Both the position numbers and the translations under genes were made by a program. DNA of 64,000 bases from Candidatus Latescibacterota bacterium (lineage in GTDB: Bacteria > Latescibacterota > UBA2968 > GCA-2709665), in contig CBDCOX010000002.1 in assembly GCA_965219995.1 (NCBI GenBank), positions 3,328,001 to 3,392,000 of the forward strand, in the 5' to 3' direction. Shown here one piece after another: positions 18,726 to 28,646 of the stretch; the stretch's first letter is position 1, and every line of letters starts with the position of its first letter. Under the pieces are notes generated by a model. The model made no database searches. It was not told the DNA's origin and saw only the letters and a list, made by a program, of their open reading frames with translations.

Positions 18726-21050
18726 ATGGATCTCTCGAAGTTTCAAGATGACGTCATCGTAACCGAATGGCTGCTCGCGGAATCGGAACAGGTTGGACCC
18801 GTCACGCTCCCGCTGGACGTCGGCGACTGGCGTCTGGCCAACGAAATCCGTGCCGATATCTTCCTCCCCGACGGGGTGGACGACCAGATCTACTGCACCC
18901 TCACGTCGGGTCACCGTACCGAAGGCATGAGCGAGGACGACGGCTACTGGTTCAACGCCATCGTATCCCCTCGCGGCGGCAACATCTGGCGGGGCTGGCG
19001 GGAATTCCGTTTCCCGGCCGAGTGTTTCTACACCCGGGGCATCCCGTCCGCGGGATGGGGCGACATGTCCTCAGGCGACGTCCGCCTGCCGCCCGGGAGC
19101 CGGATCCGGAATATCCGTCTGATCCAGCGCCGGATCGTCCGGGGTCCGAGAATGTCTGACAACGCCCTCATCGCCGCCGTCGACCTGACCCGGCCGGGAC
19201 TCAAAGTCGCGTTGCGGGCGCCGGACACGTCATCCTGTCTGGCGGCAATCGCGGACCACTTCCGCCTGAGCGCGTTCGACCGGCGGCACACGGCGCCCGG
19301 ATCCGCTTCCGGCGCAAACATCGAAGAGGCGGACCGTATCCTCGCCGGTTACATCATGGACCACCACTGGCCGGACGGCGTGGACTGGGACGCCAACCCC
19401 TACGGATATATCGAGTGGTCTATCATCATTCACGCTTTCTACTACTTCAAATCGCTCGAACTCGCCTGGACAAAGACCCGCGATCCGAAATACGCAAAGG
19501 GAATCGAAGGCATCCTGCGCGACTGGATGCGTAAAACTCCCGTGCCCTACGACGTCCGCGCCGGCGGCCTGGCCTGGGGACATTCACTGATTGTCAGCAT
19601 GCGGTCGTTCAACACGCTTGTCGATGCCTTCACCGTACTCTGCGACTGTCCGGAAACCGAAGACCGGACGATCATCGACCTGCTGAAATCCGTCTACGAA
19701 CACGCCGTCTACCTTTTGAAGTTCGAGTCCTTCCCGCCTTCCAACAAAACCATATCGGAAGGCAGGTCCCTGCTCGCAACCGCCTGCTCCTTCCCTGAAT
19801 TCAACGAAGCCGAATCCTGGTACGAAGCCGCCAGCCGGAGGCTTCTGGACGATATGAACATCCAGGTGATGCAGGACGGCGCCTCATACGAACTTACTCC
19901 GGGCTATCAGATCTCAATCGCCTCCTGGTTCCTCGACGCGTATAACGTGACCGGTAAATTCGACCGATCGCTGGATCCTGAACTCGAAGCCGGCATCCGG
20001 CGCATGTACGACTGGTGCGTCTCCATCAACCGACCCGACTTCACCTTCCCATCCGTCTCCGATGCCGGCAGCCTCGATGGAAAATTCGGCGACGGGCTCG
20101 CCCGTCCGGGCGGCATTCTCAACGACGCACACGCCACCTGGATCGGCAGCGAGGGCGAAGAAGGCAGCCCGCCGGAGTACGCCTCCATCGCACACCCGGA
20201 CTCCGGTTACTTCGTCATGCGCAGCGGCTGGGATCGGGACGCTCGCTACCTGCTGTTCGAAGGGGGTCCATACGGTCGTTTTCACCAGCACGAAGATATG
20301 CTCTCCTTCGATCTGTACTCTCATGGCCTGCCCTTTATCGTGGACCCGGGAATCACCTCGTACTACCCGAACGCGTGGACGTCGTTCTACCGGACAACCG
20401 AAGCGCACAACACGGTACTCGTGGGCGGCTGCGGGCAGAACCGCCGGGCCCAGTCCATCGCCGAATGGGTCGAATCCGCCCGGGACAGGACGGTGTGGCG
20501 CTCCGACGACCGTTGTGACGTCGCCATCGCAACGTACGACGCCGGTTACGCCGGGCTGGACGCGGCCGTTTCCCACCGCCGGGTTGTCATGTTCGTCAAG
20601 CCCGATTACTTCCTGATCTTCGACGAGCTCGCGGGCGAAGGCCGCCATACGTACGAGGCGCTTTTCCACTTCATGCCCTACCGCGTGCTGATCGACCCCG
20701 ACACCGGCGCCGCGCGAACGGGACGCATGCATCCGCCGAACCTGGAAATCCTGCCCCTCGTCAGAATGACGCCGCGCCTCGTGTGCGGCCGGAACGACCC
20801 GGTCCAGGGCTGGCTCGCCATCGACGGGCAGGACGTACCCGCGCCCGTCGTCATCTACAAAAAACGGACGACGCTGCCGTTCCGGACCGGGTACGCCCTG
20901 GTGCCGTTCACGGAAGGCGTCAGCGCGGGCGTCACTTCGCGCATAACGCGTCGCGGCGACACCTGGAACGTGAACATCGTGCGGCCGGACGGGACGATCG
21001 ACCGGATCAATATGGACTGGTCCGACACCAACGGCCCTGTGCTGGTTTAG
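18726..21050 (+). CDS. Heparinase II/III-family polysaccharide lyase-like protein
   Basis: DGASYELTPGY, SGYFVMRSGW, HQHEDMLSF, IVDPG, TEAHNTV; AAGGAG RBS. Confidence 0.85.
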   Translation: MDLSKFQDDVIVTEWLLAESEQVGPVTLPLDVGDWRLANEIRADIFLPDGVDDQIYCTLTSGHRTEGMSEDDGYWFNAIVSPRGGNIWRGWREFRFPAECFYTRGIPSAGWGDMSSGDVRLPPGSRIRNIRLIQRRIVRGPRMSDNALIAAVDLTRPGLKVALRAPDTSSCLAAIADHFRLSAFDRRHTAPGSASGANIEEADRILAGYIMDHHWPDGVDWDANPYGYIEWSIIIHAFYYFKSLELAWTKTRDPKYAKGIEGILRDWMRKTPVPYDVRAGGLAWGHSLIVSMRSFNTLVDAFTVLCDCPETEDRTIIDLLKSVYEHAVYLLKFESFPPSNKTISEGRSLLATACSFPEFNEAESWYEAASRRLLDDMNIQVMQDGASYELTPGYQISIASWFLDAYNVTGKFDRSLDPELEAGIRRMYDWCVSINRPDFTFPSVSDAGSLDGKFGDGLARPGGILNDAHATWIGSEGEEGSPPEYASIAHPDSGYFVMRSGWDRDARYLLFEGGPYGRFHQHEDMLSFDLYSHGLPFIVDPGITSYYPNAWTSFYRTTEAHNTVLVGGCGQNRRAQSIAEWVESARDRTVWRSDDRCDVAIATYDAGYAGLDAAVSHRRVVMFVKPDYFLIFDELAGEGRHTYEALFHFMPYRVLIDPDTGAARTGRMHPPNLEILPLVRMTPRLVCGRNDPVQGWLAIDGQDVPAPVVIYKKRTTLPFRTGYALVPFTEGVSAGVTSRITRRGDTWNVNIVRPDGTIDRINMDWSDTNGPVLV

Positions 21051-21106
21051 TTCTACTATCGTACATAGAGGTACATAGAGAAACAGGGACCGGAGAGAGG
21101 AGGTAG

Positions 21107-21301
21107 ATGATGAGAATGCAAAAGTACATTTACTGGCAGGACGGCCCGATGTTTTTGGGATATCTTGATGAGTATCCCGACTATTGGACTCAGGGCGAGA
21201 CGATGGGCGAACTGAAAGAAAACCTGATCGACATTTACAATGAGCTGACAGGGGGCGCCATTCCATGCGTGCGGAAGGCTGCTGAATTACAGGTATCATG
21301 A
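21107..21301 (+). CDS. hicB: HicB-like antitoxin (short)
   Basis: YWQDG..LGYLDEYPDYWTQGET..ELKENL; GGAGGT RBS; ATGA overlap with hicA. Confidence 0.8.
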   Translation: MMRMQKYIYWQDGPMFLGYLDEYPDYWTQGETMGELKENLIDIYNELTGGAIPCVRKAAELQVS

Positions 21302-21639
21302 AACGACGAGACTTGATAAACCACTTAAGAAGCTGCTTTAAAATTCCCAGCGGTCTTCGCGCGGCTGCAAAAGCGCCGGTCGGCGTTGGTCAAATCCACC
21401 CGTATAATCAAATATGGGCGGATTTTCCCGCCTTGACCGCCACTCTTTCGCTCGCGCTTGGGAACTCACCGGTAATTTTAAAACAGCTTCTAAGAGAAAT
21501 AGGTTGTGTATTTATACGTCACGGGTCAAGGCACGACTGGTATCAGAATCCCAATACCAGGGTATCTCAGCCTGTTCCCCGGCATAGAGAAATCAAAGAG
21601 TCCTTGGCAAAACACATCATGAAGATGCTTTCTGGATAA
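21298..21639 (+). CDS. hicA: HicA toxin carrying a 55-aa in-frame MITE insertion
   Basis: MKRRDLINHL + REIGCVFIRHGSRHDWYQNP..QPVPRHREIKE reconstitutes a 58-aa HicA. Confidence 0.85.
   Translation: MKRRDLINHLRSCFKIPSGLRAAAKAPVGVGQIHPYNQIWADFPALTATLSLALGNSPVILKQLLREIGCVFIRHGSRHDWYQNPNTRVSQPVPRHREIKESLAKHIMKMLSG
21329..21490. mobile_element. 162-bp MITE with 17-bp TIRs and TAA target duplication
   Basis: GAAGCTGCTTTAAAATT ... AATTTTAAAACAGCTTC (16/17 match), TAA at 21326-21328 and 21491-21493. Confidence 0.9.
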
Positions 21640-21673
21640 ACTAAACTCGTAACCCCTCCGTTGGGAGAAGCCC

Positions 21674-23350
21674 ATGCAGCCCAATTACGATGTAGACATG
21701 AGCCTGGACGTTAAGGTCCCCATGCGCGACGGGGTCAACCTCTCGGCGGACATTTACCTGCCGCGCGCGCGAGGGAAGTTTCCCACTGTCCTTATGCGCA
21801 CGCCCTATAGCAATAACGCCGATCCGATGGTCGAAAAGGCCATGCGGCTCGCGAACGACGGATACGCCTGCGTCCTGCAGGATTGCCGCGGGCGCTGGGA
21901 CTCCGAAGGCACCTACTATGCGTTCCGGGAAGGGGAAGACGGGTACGATACCCAGGAGTGGATCGGGGCCCGGGAATGGTGCGACGGCAACATCGGCATG
22001 GCCGGAAGTTCCTACGGCGGGACGGTTCAGTGGCGCAGCGCGCCGTACCGGAGCCGGTATCTGAAATGCATCACACCCAGGGTGATCTGCACCGATTATT
22101 ACACGGGTCTCGTCCACCCCGGCGGCGCCTTCCAGCTCAACGTGCTGCTGACCTGGGGCATGCGTACCAACGCCCGCACCGGCCAGACCATCGAATTTCA
22201 CAACTGGACCGAAGCCTTCCGGGCGCTGCCGCTCGAGAAAATGGACGAACACGCGGGCCGCAATCTGGCCTTCTGGAAAGACTGGGTCGAACACGACGCT
22301 TACGACGACTACTGGGAAGATTTCAACGACGAAACCCGGTGGCGCGACATTACAGCCCCCGCGTTCAACATGGGCGGCTGGTACGACCTCTATGCCGCGC
22401 AAACTTTCAGCAACTACAACGGGCTTTGCCTGAACGGCGGGTCGGAAGAGGCCAAGAAAAGCAAACTCATTGTCGGTCCGTGGCCGCACGCGCTCAGCGC
22501 GTCGCCGAAGACAGGCGACGTCGATTTCGGGGCGCCATCCATGGTCGACCTCGAAAGCCTCGAACAGCGCTGGTTCGACTATTGGCTCAAGGGCATCGAC
22601 AACGGCATTGCGGACGAACCGCCGCTGCGGCTGTTCATCATGGGCGTCAACCGGTGGCGCGACGAATTCGAGTGGCCGCTGGCGCGGACCCAATGGCAAA
22701 AGTGGCACCTGCATTCCGCCGGGCACGCCAACACGCTGCTTGGCGACGGCTGCCTGTCAGTCGAATCTCCGGCGCAGGAATCCCCGGACCGCTTCACGTA
22801 CGACCCCCGCTACCCGGTACCGACCATGGGAGGCAACAACTGCTGCTCTCCACATATCGTACCATGGGGACCGCAGGACCAGCGGCCTGTGGAAATGCGG
22901 AGCGACGTGCTCTGCTATACCAGCGACCCTCTGGTAGCCGACCTTGAGGTGACGGGACCTGTTAAAGCGGTCGTTTACGCCGCGACCGATGGTACGGACA
23001 CGGACTGGACCGCCAAGCTGGTGGATGTGTCCCCGTCCGGGTATGCCATGAACCTCTGCGACGGCATTCTTAGAGCCCGCTTCCGCGAAAGCCTTGCAGA
23101 CCCTACCTTGCTTGAACCCGGCAACGTCTACGCCTATGAGATCGATCTGGGCGTCACCGGAAACGTCTTCAGGAAAGGCCACCGCATCCGCCTCGAGGTC
23201 TCGTCGTCGAACTTCCCGCGGTTCGACCGGAATCTCAACACGGGCGGGTCCCTGGGCAGCGAGACCGAGATGCGCCAGGCCCATCAGACCGTCCACCACT
23301 CGAGACAATATCCATCCCATATTGTCCTGCCGGTAATCCCCATAACATAG
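21674..23350 (+). CDS. CocE/NonD family hydrolase
   Basis: VPMRDGVNLSADIY, RTPY, QDCRG, GSSYGG nucleophile, SSSNFPRFDRNLNTG. Confidence 0.95.
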   Translation: MQPNYDVDMSLDVKVPMRDGVNLSADIYLPRARGKFPTVLMRTPYSNNADPMVEKAMRLANDGYACVLQDCRGRWDSEGTYYAFREGEDGYDTQEWIGAREWCDGNIGMAGSSYGGTVQWRSAPYRSRYLKCITPRVICTDYYTGLVHPGGAFQLNVLLTWGMRTNARTGQTIEFHNWTEAFRALPLEKMDEHAGRNLAFWKDWVEHDAYDDYWEDFNDETRWRDITAPAFNMGGWYDLYAAQTFSNYNGLCLNGGSEEAKKSKLIVGPWPHALSASPKTGDVDFGAPSMVDLESLEQRWFDYWLKGIDNGIADEPPLRLFIMGVNRWRDEFEWPLARTQWQKWHLHSAGHANTLLGDGCLSVESPAQESPDRFTYDPRYPVPTMGGNNCCSPHIVPWGPQDQRPVEMRSDVLCYTSDPLVADLEVTGPVKAVVYAATDGTDTDWTAKLVDVSPSGYAMNLCDGILRARFRESLADPTLLEPGNVYAYEIDLGVTGNVFRKGHRIRLEVSSSNFPRFDRNLNTGGSLGSETEMRQAHQTVHHSRQYPSHIVLPVIPIT

Positions 23351-23416
23351 CGTTCAAGACCCGCCGAGACGTCTGGAGGGCGAACGGGTCCCTGCCCGCA
23401 ACAAGGACTTTCCTGC

Positions 23417-24805
23417 ATGCCCGAACCCCATCTGGTCATTGCCATCCCGGACAAGAGCTTCGGTTTCGTTCCCGGCCAGCGGATCTCCATCGACATCCAC
23501 GTGATCGGGCTCGAAAAGCAGACGGTCCGCGTCCGGTTCGCGGTCAACGATCCCCTGGGCGCGACGCGGTTTTCATTCAGGGAAGTGGAACGGAACCTCG
23601 ACGGTGGGCACACGGTACTCCCGTTCGACTTCGACCTCGAATCCGACTTTCCGCCTGGCGCCTATCTCGTCACCGCGCATGTCCTTTCCGGCGCGCAGAA
23701 TTTCAGAGCCATCGCAACCGAGTCCTTCGAGGTTGTCGCGCCCGGAAGCCGCATGCAAGACGGCTTTCCGGTTGCGCCTCGCGACCGAATCATCGACGCG
23801 AGCTACGTGTTCGACTCGACAGATCCGGAAACACTGGCAAGTGCTTTCCAGACGGCGCATACGGCGTGTGAAGCGTGCCGCAATCCGGACGGCGGGTGGG
23901 GCCGGAGCCCGGATGCGGAAAAACCCGCTTACCGCTCGCCGGCGAATGTCACCCTGGGCTATCTGTATGGTTTCGAGGCACTCGGCAACGAGCAATATGG
24001 AAAGCTCGCTCTGGGCGGCCTGGACTATCTGCTTTCGGAGCAGGAAGAGAACGGCGCCTTCCGCTGGTGGTACAAAGCCGTCCCCGGCGGCGTGATGAAC
24101 CAGCGAGATAACTTCTATGACACGGGCTGGGCCGGGCTGGCGCTCGCCGAGGGGTTTCGCGTTTCGGGCGAGGCGAAATACCTCGATGCCGTTCGAAGGG
24201 CCGCTGACTGGACGATGACCTGCCCGTTTACGGGAAACAACAACTACGATGCATTCGCCCTCTGGTTTCTCTCCCTGCTGTACGACTTTACCGGAGACGA
24301 AAAATATCTGGAGACGGCCGTCTGGCGGACCCGGGGCGGCGTTATCTTCGCGCAGCTTCCCAGGGGCGGATGGCCGGGTCACAATTTCCATATCGGCTAT
24401 CAATCCATTACCGTCAACGGCCTTGCGTCCCTGTACGACGTGCTCCCCCGGGACCATCCGTTCTCCGATCCGCTCAGAGACCGCCTCTGCGCGGCCCTCA
24501 ATTTCGCCACATTCCTGCAGACGGAGACGGGGGACTATTGCATGGGTTGGGAATATGACCGGGACTTCCGTCTCGACGGCGCGGGAAGACCCGCGGGAAA
24601 CACGGTACCCGCCCGGGCCGAGCTCATCCACGCCTTTTACAAGACCCGCACCCGCCTGGATGTGCCGGTCAATGTCCTCAACGGGCTCTGCCGTTCCACC
24701 ATCGGCAGAATCGAATCCCTTGAGGATCGCTCCGATGACGGCCGGACAGAGCACGCCTACCTGATGGATATCGGCACGCTCCTCAAATGGCGCCACAACA
24801 AATAA
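23417..24805 (+). CDS. Hypothetical protein, N-terminal beta domain plus probable alpha/alpha-toroid
   Basis: Repeats LDYLLSEQEENGAF, YLDAVRRAADW, TGDEKYLETA; coding-like 462-aa ORF. Confidence 0.65.
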   Translation: MPEPHLVIAIPDKSFGFVPGQRISIDIHVIGLEKQTVRVRFAVNDPLGATRFSFREVERNLDGGHTVLPFDFDLESDFPPGAYLVTAHVLSGAQNFRAIATESFEVVAPGSRMQDGFPVAPRDRIIDASYVFDSTDPETLASAFQTAHTACEACRNPDGGWGRSPDAEKPAYRSPANVTLGYLYGFEALGNEQYGKLALGGLDYLLSEQEENGAFRWWYKAVPGGVMNQRDNFYDTGWAGLALAEGFRVSGEAKYLDAVRRAADWTMTCPFTGNNNYDAFALWFLSLLYDFTGDEKYLETAVWRTRGGVIFAQLPRGGWPGHNFHIGYQSITVNGLASLYDVLPRDHPFSDPLRDRLCAALNFATFLQTETGDYCMGWEYDRDFRLDGAGRPAGNTVPARAELIHAFYKTRTRLDVPVNVLNGLCRSTIGRIESLEDRSDDGRTEHAYLMDIGTLLKWRHNK

Positions 24806-25053
24806 GGCACGGCTTGCGCCGTGCCTTGAATTTCTCCAATGGCCACCCAGGGGGCCTTGTCTTCCTGCGAGACGACTGTAATTCTTGCTGCATTCCCGCT
24901 AATGTCGCATCTTGCGGCACTTGGGAGCGAGGGCATCTTGCCCTCATCGCGCCCTTGTGGTCCTTACGCTTCAAGGCGCGCACATCGACTGATTGGGTTT
25001 CTGGTTCAAGCTGATTGCTGAAAGCTAACGGCTGACGGCTGAATTCAGGCAAG

Positions 25054-25956
25054 CTACTTCCGGAACCCGACAACGGGAACCACTTCAATTTCGAACAGCT
25101 TCGGCCATCGTTTCCCGGTCACGAACAAGCGCTTCCCTCCCGGATCGTAGGCGATTCCGTTCAACGCGGCATCCGCGCCGAGCCGTTCCCGTCCTGCCAA
25201 TAATCCGGTCAGATCGATCCAGCCCAACACCCGGCCGGACTCGGGATCGATTCTGGCGATCAGATCCGACTCCCAGACATTCGCAAAGACTTCGCCCTCA
25301 ACGTATTCGAGTTCGTTCAGACGGGTCACGAGGCCCTTGTCGTCCCGTACCTCCACCCGCCCGACCTCCTGAAACGTCCCCGGGTCCCTGAAAGACAGCG
25401 TGGGCGTTCCGTCGCTCACAATCAACCGACGTCCGTCGTGCGTAATGCCCCACCCCTCGGTGGCATAGGTGAATGACCGCGTGCGTTCGAATGTCTCCTT
25501 ATTGTAGACAAGGCCGGTCCGCGCCACCCAGGTCAGCTGGATGACGTGGTTTCCGAAGATCGTAATCCCTTCGCCGAAATAACGGGATTCCAGCGGCTGG
25601 AAACGGATGACGCGGCCCGTCTCCAGCACGACCTTGCGCAAGGAGGACCGCCCGTAAAGCCCTGTTCCCTCGAACAGGAAACCGTTCTCATAGACGAGAC
25701 CCTGGGTAAACGCGCCAGGATCGTGAGGGTACGTCCGAACGATCCGGTAGGTGTAACGGCGCGGCTTCCCGATCGAATCCTGATGGGAGGAAACGCCCCT
25801 GTGTCCGGATGCGGCCCGGACGGCGCTCGAATCCGCTCCCCGAACTTCCACCGCGGCGGACGCGACGAAAACAAACAGAATAATTCCAGGCAAATGGAAA
25901 ATGCCTGGAAGTCGGGAATGGGAGTGCCGGGTTTTGCTTCGAGACTGCGAGGTCAT
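25054..25956 (-). CDS. Glutaminyl-peptide cyclotransferase (beta-propeller type)
   Basis: PHDPGAFTQGL, FGEG, QLTW, EGWG, LNELE, LNGIA, VTGKRW. Confidence 0.92.
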   Translation of the reverse strand: MTSQSRSKTRHSHSRLPGIFHLPGIILFVFVASAAVEVRGADSSAVRAASGHRGVSSHQDSIGKPRRYTYRIVRTYPHDPGAFTQGLVYENGFLFEGTGLYGRSSLRKVVLETGRVIRFQPLESRYFGEGITIFGNHVIQLTWVARTGLVYNKETFERTRSFTYATEGWGITHDGRRLIVSDGTPTLSFRDPGTFQEVGRVEVRDDKGLVTRLNELEYVEGEVFANVWESDLIARIDPESGRVLGWIDLTGLLAGRERLGADAALNGIAYDPGGKRLFVTGKRWPKLFEIEVVPVVGFRK

Positions 25957-26405
25957 TTCCCTCTGTCTTCTTGCCGAGATGCCGAGGGGTCGCCTTCAAT
26001 CCACTCTTCGCCGTCCGTCCACACTTCCTTCTTCCAGATCGGCACGGTTTCCTTCAACCGGTCAATCGCATAGTGACAGGCTTCCAGAGCGGCTTTGCGG
26101 TGCGGCGCCGAGATCGCAATCAACACGCTGGTCTCGCCGATATCCAATCGCCCCACCCGATGCAGCATGCCCACCCGGTCCACCTCCCACCGGTCCTTCA
26201 CCTCCCGGCCGATCTCCGCCATCTTCTTCTCGGCCATCTCCCGATAGGCATCGTACACCAGATAGCTGGTTCGGTGGCCCATGGAATGGTCACGGACCAC
26301 TCCGGCGAAGGTCGCCACCGCGCCATCCGAATCCCTCAGCACGGCGTCGTGCAGCGCATCCGCCCGTACGGGTTCTTCCTGAATTCGGTACAGATCACCG
26401 GACAT
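25953..26405 (-). CDS. moaE: Molybdopterin synthase catalytic subunit
   Basis: GAVATFAGVVR, HRVGRL, SAPHR, LKETVPIWKKE; own AAGGGGAG RBS. Confidence 0.95.
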   Translation of the reverse strand: MSGDLYRIQEEPVRADALHDAVLRDSDGAVATFAGVVRDHSMGHRTSYLVYDAYREMAEKKMAEIGREVKDRWEVDRVGMLHRVGRLDIGETSVLIAISAPHRKAALEACHYAIDRLKETVPIWKKEVWTDGEEWIEGDPSASRQEDRGK

Positions 26406-26697
26406 CGGCTCTCCCCTTCTTCAGGCCGCCTCTTGCAGCAGGTTGGACCGGCGCTCCCCCGCTTACCGGCGGGATAAGCGCCGCCTCGTCCCCATCTTGA
26501 AGCGGTTGAGACCTGTCCACGTACGCCTGGTTAACCGACACCATCAGGCTGGCTTCCATTTCCGTCAAGCGGGGGTGATCCGCCGCCAGCCGCGCCAGCA
26601 GATCGGACACACTTGCGCCATCGGACATGGTAATAGAGGTCTGGCTCTGTCCAACAAGGTCCCTGCACGACGCGAAAAACAAGACTTTGATTTCCAT
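26395..26697 (-). CDS. moaD: MoaD sulfur carrier with a 19-aa extension after the GG motif
   Basis: MEIKVLFFA...VSVNQAY...GDEAALIPPVSGG followed by APVQPAARGGLKKGRADVR. Confidence 0.9.
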   Translation of the reverse strand: MEIKVLFFASCRDLVGQSQTSITMSDGASVSDLLARLAADHPRLTEMEASLMVSVNQAYVDRSQPLQDGDEAALIPPVSGGAPVQPAARGGLKKGRADVR

Positions 26698-26747
26698 CGG
26701 CCGTCCTCTGTGCTGCACCGCTGGAAGCATACGACAATATCGATCCG

Positions 26748-27749
26748 TTAACGCACACGGCTCAGCCTGGTGTTCTCCGTCATCCCCGGTCTGCGTCCCC
26801 GCTTCGCCACGGACCTGGCGCCGATGGTCTTTATATCGGCCGTAAAGTCGATCGGTGACGCGCCGCTGATCGCGCTGCCCACGCCGAACCCGTCCACCGG
26901 GGATCCCGCCCCTGCAAACTCCCGGATGCGTTCCGGCGTCATCCCGCCGCTTACGTAGATCTTCACCTCGCGGTGCCCGGCGCGGTCAAGCCTCTTCCGA
27001 ACCCGACACACGAGATCGGGGGTCACGCCACCCAGTTCAGAGGGTGTGTCGAGGCGCACGCCCAGCAAACGCCCTCCCATTGCCTCCGCCAATCGAACGC
27101 TCTCGTCCGCTTCATCCATGAACGTATCCACCAGCACGATCCGGCTTATCGATTCCGGCATGTGCCGGTCGAACGCCTGCGCTGCGGTCAGCGTGTCTCC
27201 CAAGATCAACATCAACGCGTGCGGCATGGTGCCCGTCGGGTCCCGGCCGGCCAGCTTCGCCCCGCCAGGCGTGGCGCATCCGGCGCAGCCGCCCACGATG
27301 GCCGAATACTCCATCCGGTCCGAAACCGCGGGATGGACGTGCCGGGCGCCAAAACTGATCACCGGAATACCCGCCGCGGCCGCCACGCATGACCTCGCCG
27401 CCGTCGCCCAGCCGCTCTTCTGGGCAAGCGTGCCCAGGTACGCGGTCTCGTAGATGCCGAAACTGCTGTACGGCGCCTGAATCCGGAGCACGACCTCCTT
27501 GCGGGACATCGGCTGACCCTCGCCAAGCGCCCAGACGGACGCGTTACCGGGCCACACCGCTTCGAGGTTTTCCAGAACCTCGGTCACTCCGCAAAGGATG
27601 CCGTCCCCGTTCGGAAACACCTCCATCGTCACAACGGGATCAATCTCTTCCCGAGCCAGAACCTCGCGAGTATTCAGAAAGTAGAGATCGGACCGATCTT
27701 CGTCGTAAAACGCCCGTTTCGGCAGCATGGGTTCGTCCGGTCCGGACAA
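26748..27749 (-). CDS. pncB: Nicotinate phosphoribosyltransferase (short type)
   Basis: SDLYF, SFGARH, GTMPHA, LVDTF, GVRLDTPS, VSGG, FGVGS. Confidence 0.8.
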   Translation of the reverse strand: MSGPDEPMLPKRAFYDEDRSDLYFLNTREVLAREEIDPVVTMEVFPNGDGILCGVTEVLENLEAVWPGNASVWALGEGQPMSRKEVVLRIQAPYSSFGIYETAYLGTLAQKSGWATAARSCVAAAAGIPVISFGARHVHPAVSDRMEYSAIVGGCAGCATPGGAKLAGRDPTGTMPHALMLILGDTLTAAQAFDRHMPESISRIVLVDTFMDEADESVRLAEAMGGRLLGVRLDTPSELGGVTPDLVCRVRKRLDRAGHREVKIYVSGGMTPERIREFAGAGSPVDGFGVGSAISGASPIDFTADIKTIGARSVAKRGRRPGMTENTRLSRVR

Positions 27750-27797
27750 GTGTCCTGATTCCGGCGGTGATCAAGACTGGCGAACGCGGCCCTTGCA

Positions 27798-28646
27798 TCA
27801 CCGCGAATCGTATTTTCCTTTAGAAGCTGGCTTCAGCCGCTCCCGCATCGCATCCACGTATGAGAGCGGGACGTCCACACTGCCGATCATCGGGTTCCCT
27901 CTGCCGTCGCCGTGGCAGTCCGAACCCCCCGTACACAAGAGGTCGTTCTCCGCTGCAATCCTGGAATATCGTGCGACGTGAGAGGAATTATGCTTGGTGT
28001 GGCGCACCTCGATGCCATCGAGCCCGTCGGACACCATACCCGGAATCAGGTCGTCCTTCCGGTAGAGTCCGGGGTGCGCAAGACAGGCCAGCCCGCCCGC
28101 AGCCCTGATGACCTGGATGGCCCGGGACGGCGACTGCGAATACTTGGCTGCATACGCCGGTTTCGAATACCCCAGGTACTTGTGAAACGCTTCGTCAACC
28201 GAAAAAACCAGGCCCTCTTCCACCATCACGTCGGCGATATGCGGACGTCCTATCGCGCCCGGCCCCGCCCTGGAAAGAACCCTTTCCAGGGGAACCCGCA
28301 GCCCCATGCGATTCAACTTCTCCACCATCCGTTCCGCACGCTGCAGCCTGGCCTGTCGAAATGTGTCGAGCCATGAGATCAGGTCCGGGTGACTCGGGTC
28401 GATGAAGTATCCCAGGATATGCACGTCGGTACTGCCGATCCTGGCACTCAATTCAGTTCCCGGCACGACCTCCACACCCAGCCGCGCGCCTTCCTCCTGC
28501 GCCGCCGCAACGCCCTCTGTCGAGTCGTGATCCGTCAGGCTGATCACGCTGAGTCCGGCTGCTGCGGCCCGGCGCGCAACCTCTCGTGGCGTGAATGTCC
28601 CGTCGGAGCACGTCGAGTGCAGGTGAAGGTCGATGCGCCCCGTCAT
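27798..28646 (-). CDS. PHP-domain phosphoesterase
   Basis: DLHLHSTCSDG, LTDHD, HILGY, GRPH, LAHP, TGGSDCHG. Confidence 0.92.
   Translation of the reverse strand: MTGRIDLHLHSTCSDGTFTPREVARRAAAAGLSVISLTDHDSTEGVAAAQEEGARLGVEVVPGTELSARIGSTDVHILGYFIDPSHPDLISWLDTFRQARLQRAERMVEKLNRMGLRVPLERVLSRAGPGAIGRPHIADVMVEEGLVFSVDEAFHKYLGYSKPAYAAKYSQSPSRAIQVIRAAGGLACLAHPGLYRKDDLIPGMVSDGLDGIEVRHTKHNSSHVARYSRIAAENDLLCTGGSDCHGDGRGNPMIGSVDVPLSYVDAMRERLKPASKGKYDSR

Noticed and set aside
26395-26460. Programmed frameshift giving a MoaD-MoaE fusion
   Set aside because: moaE has its own SD and ATG and no clear slippery site was seen; not fully excluded
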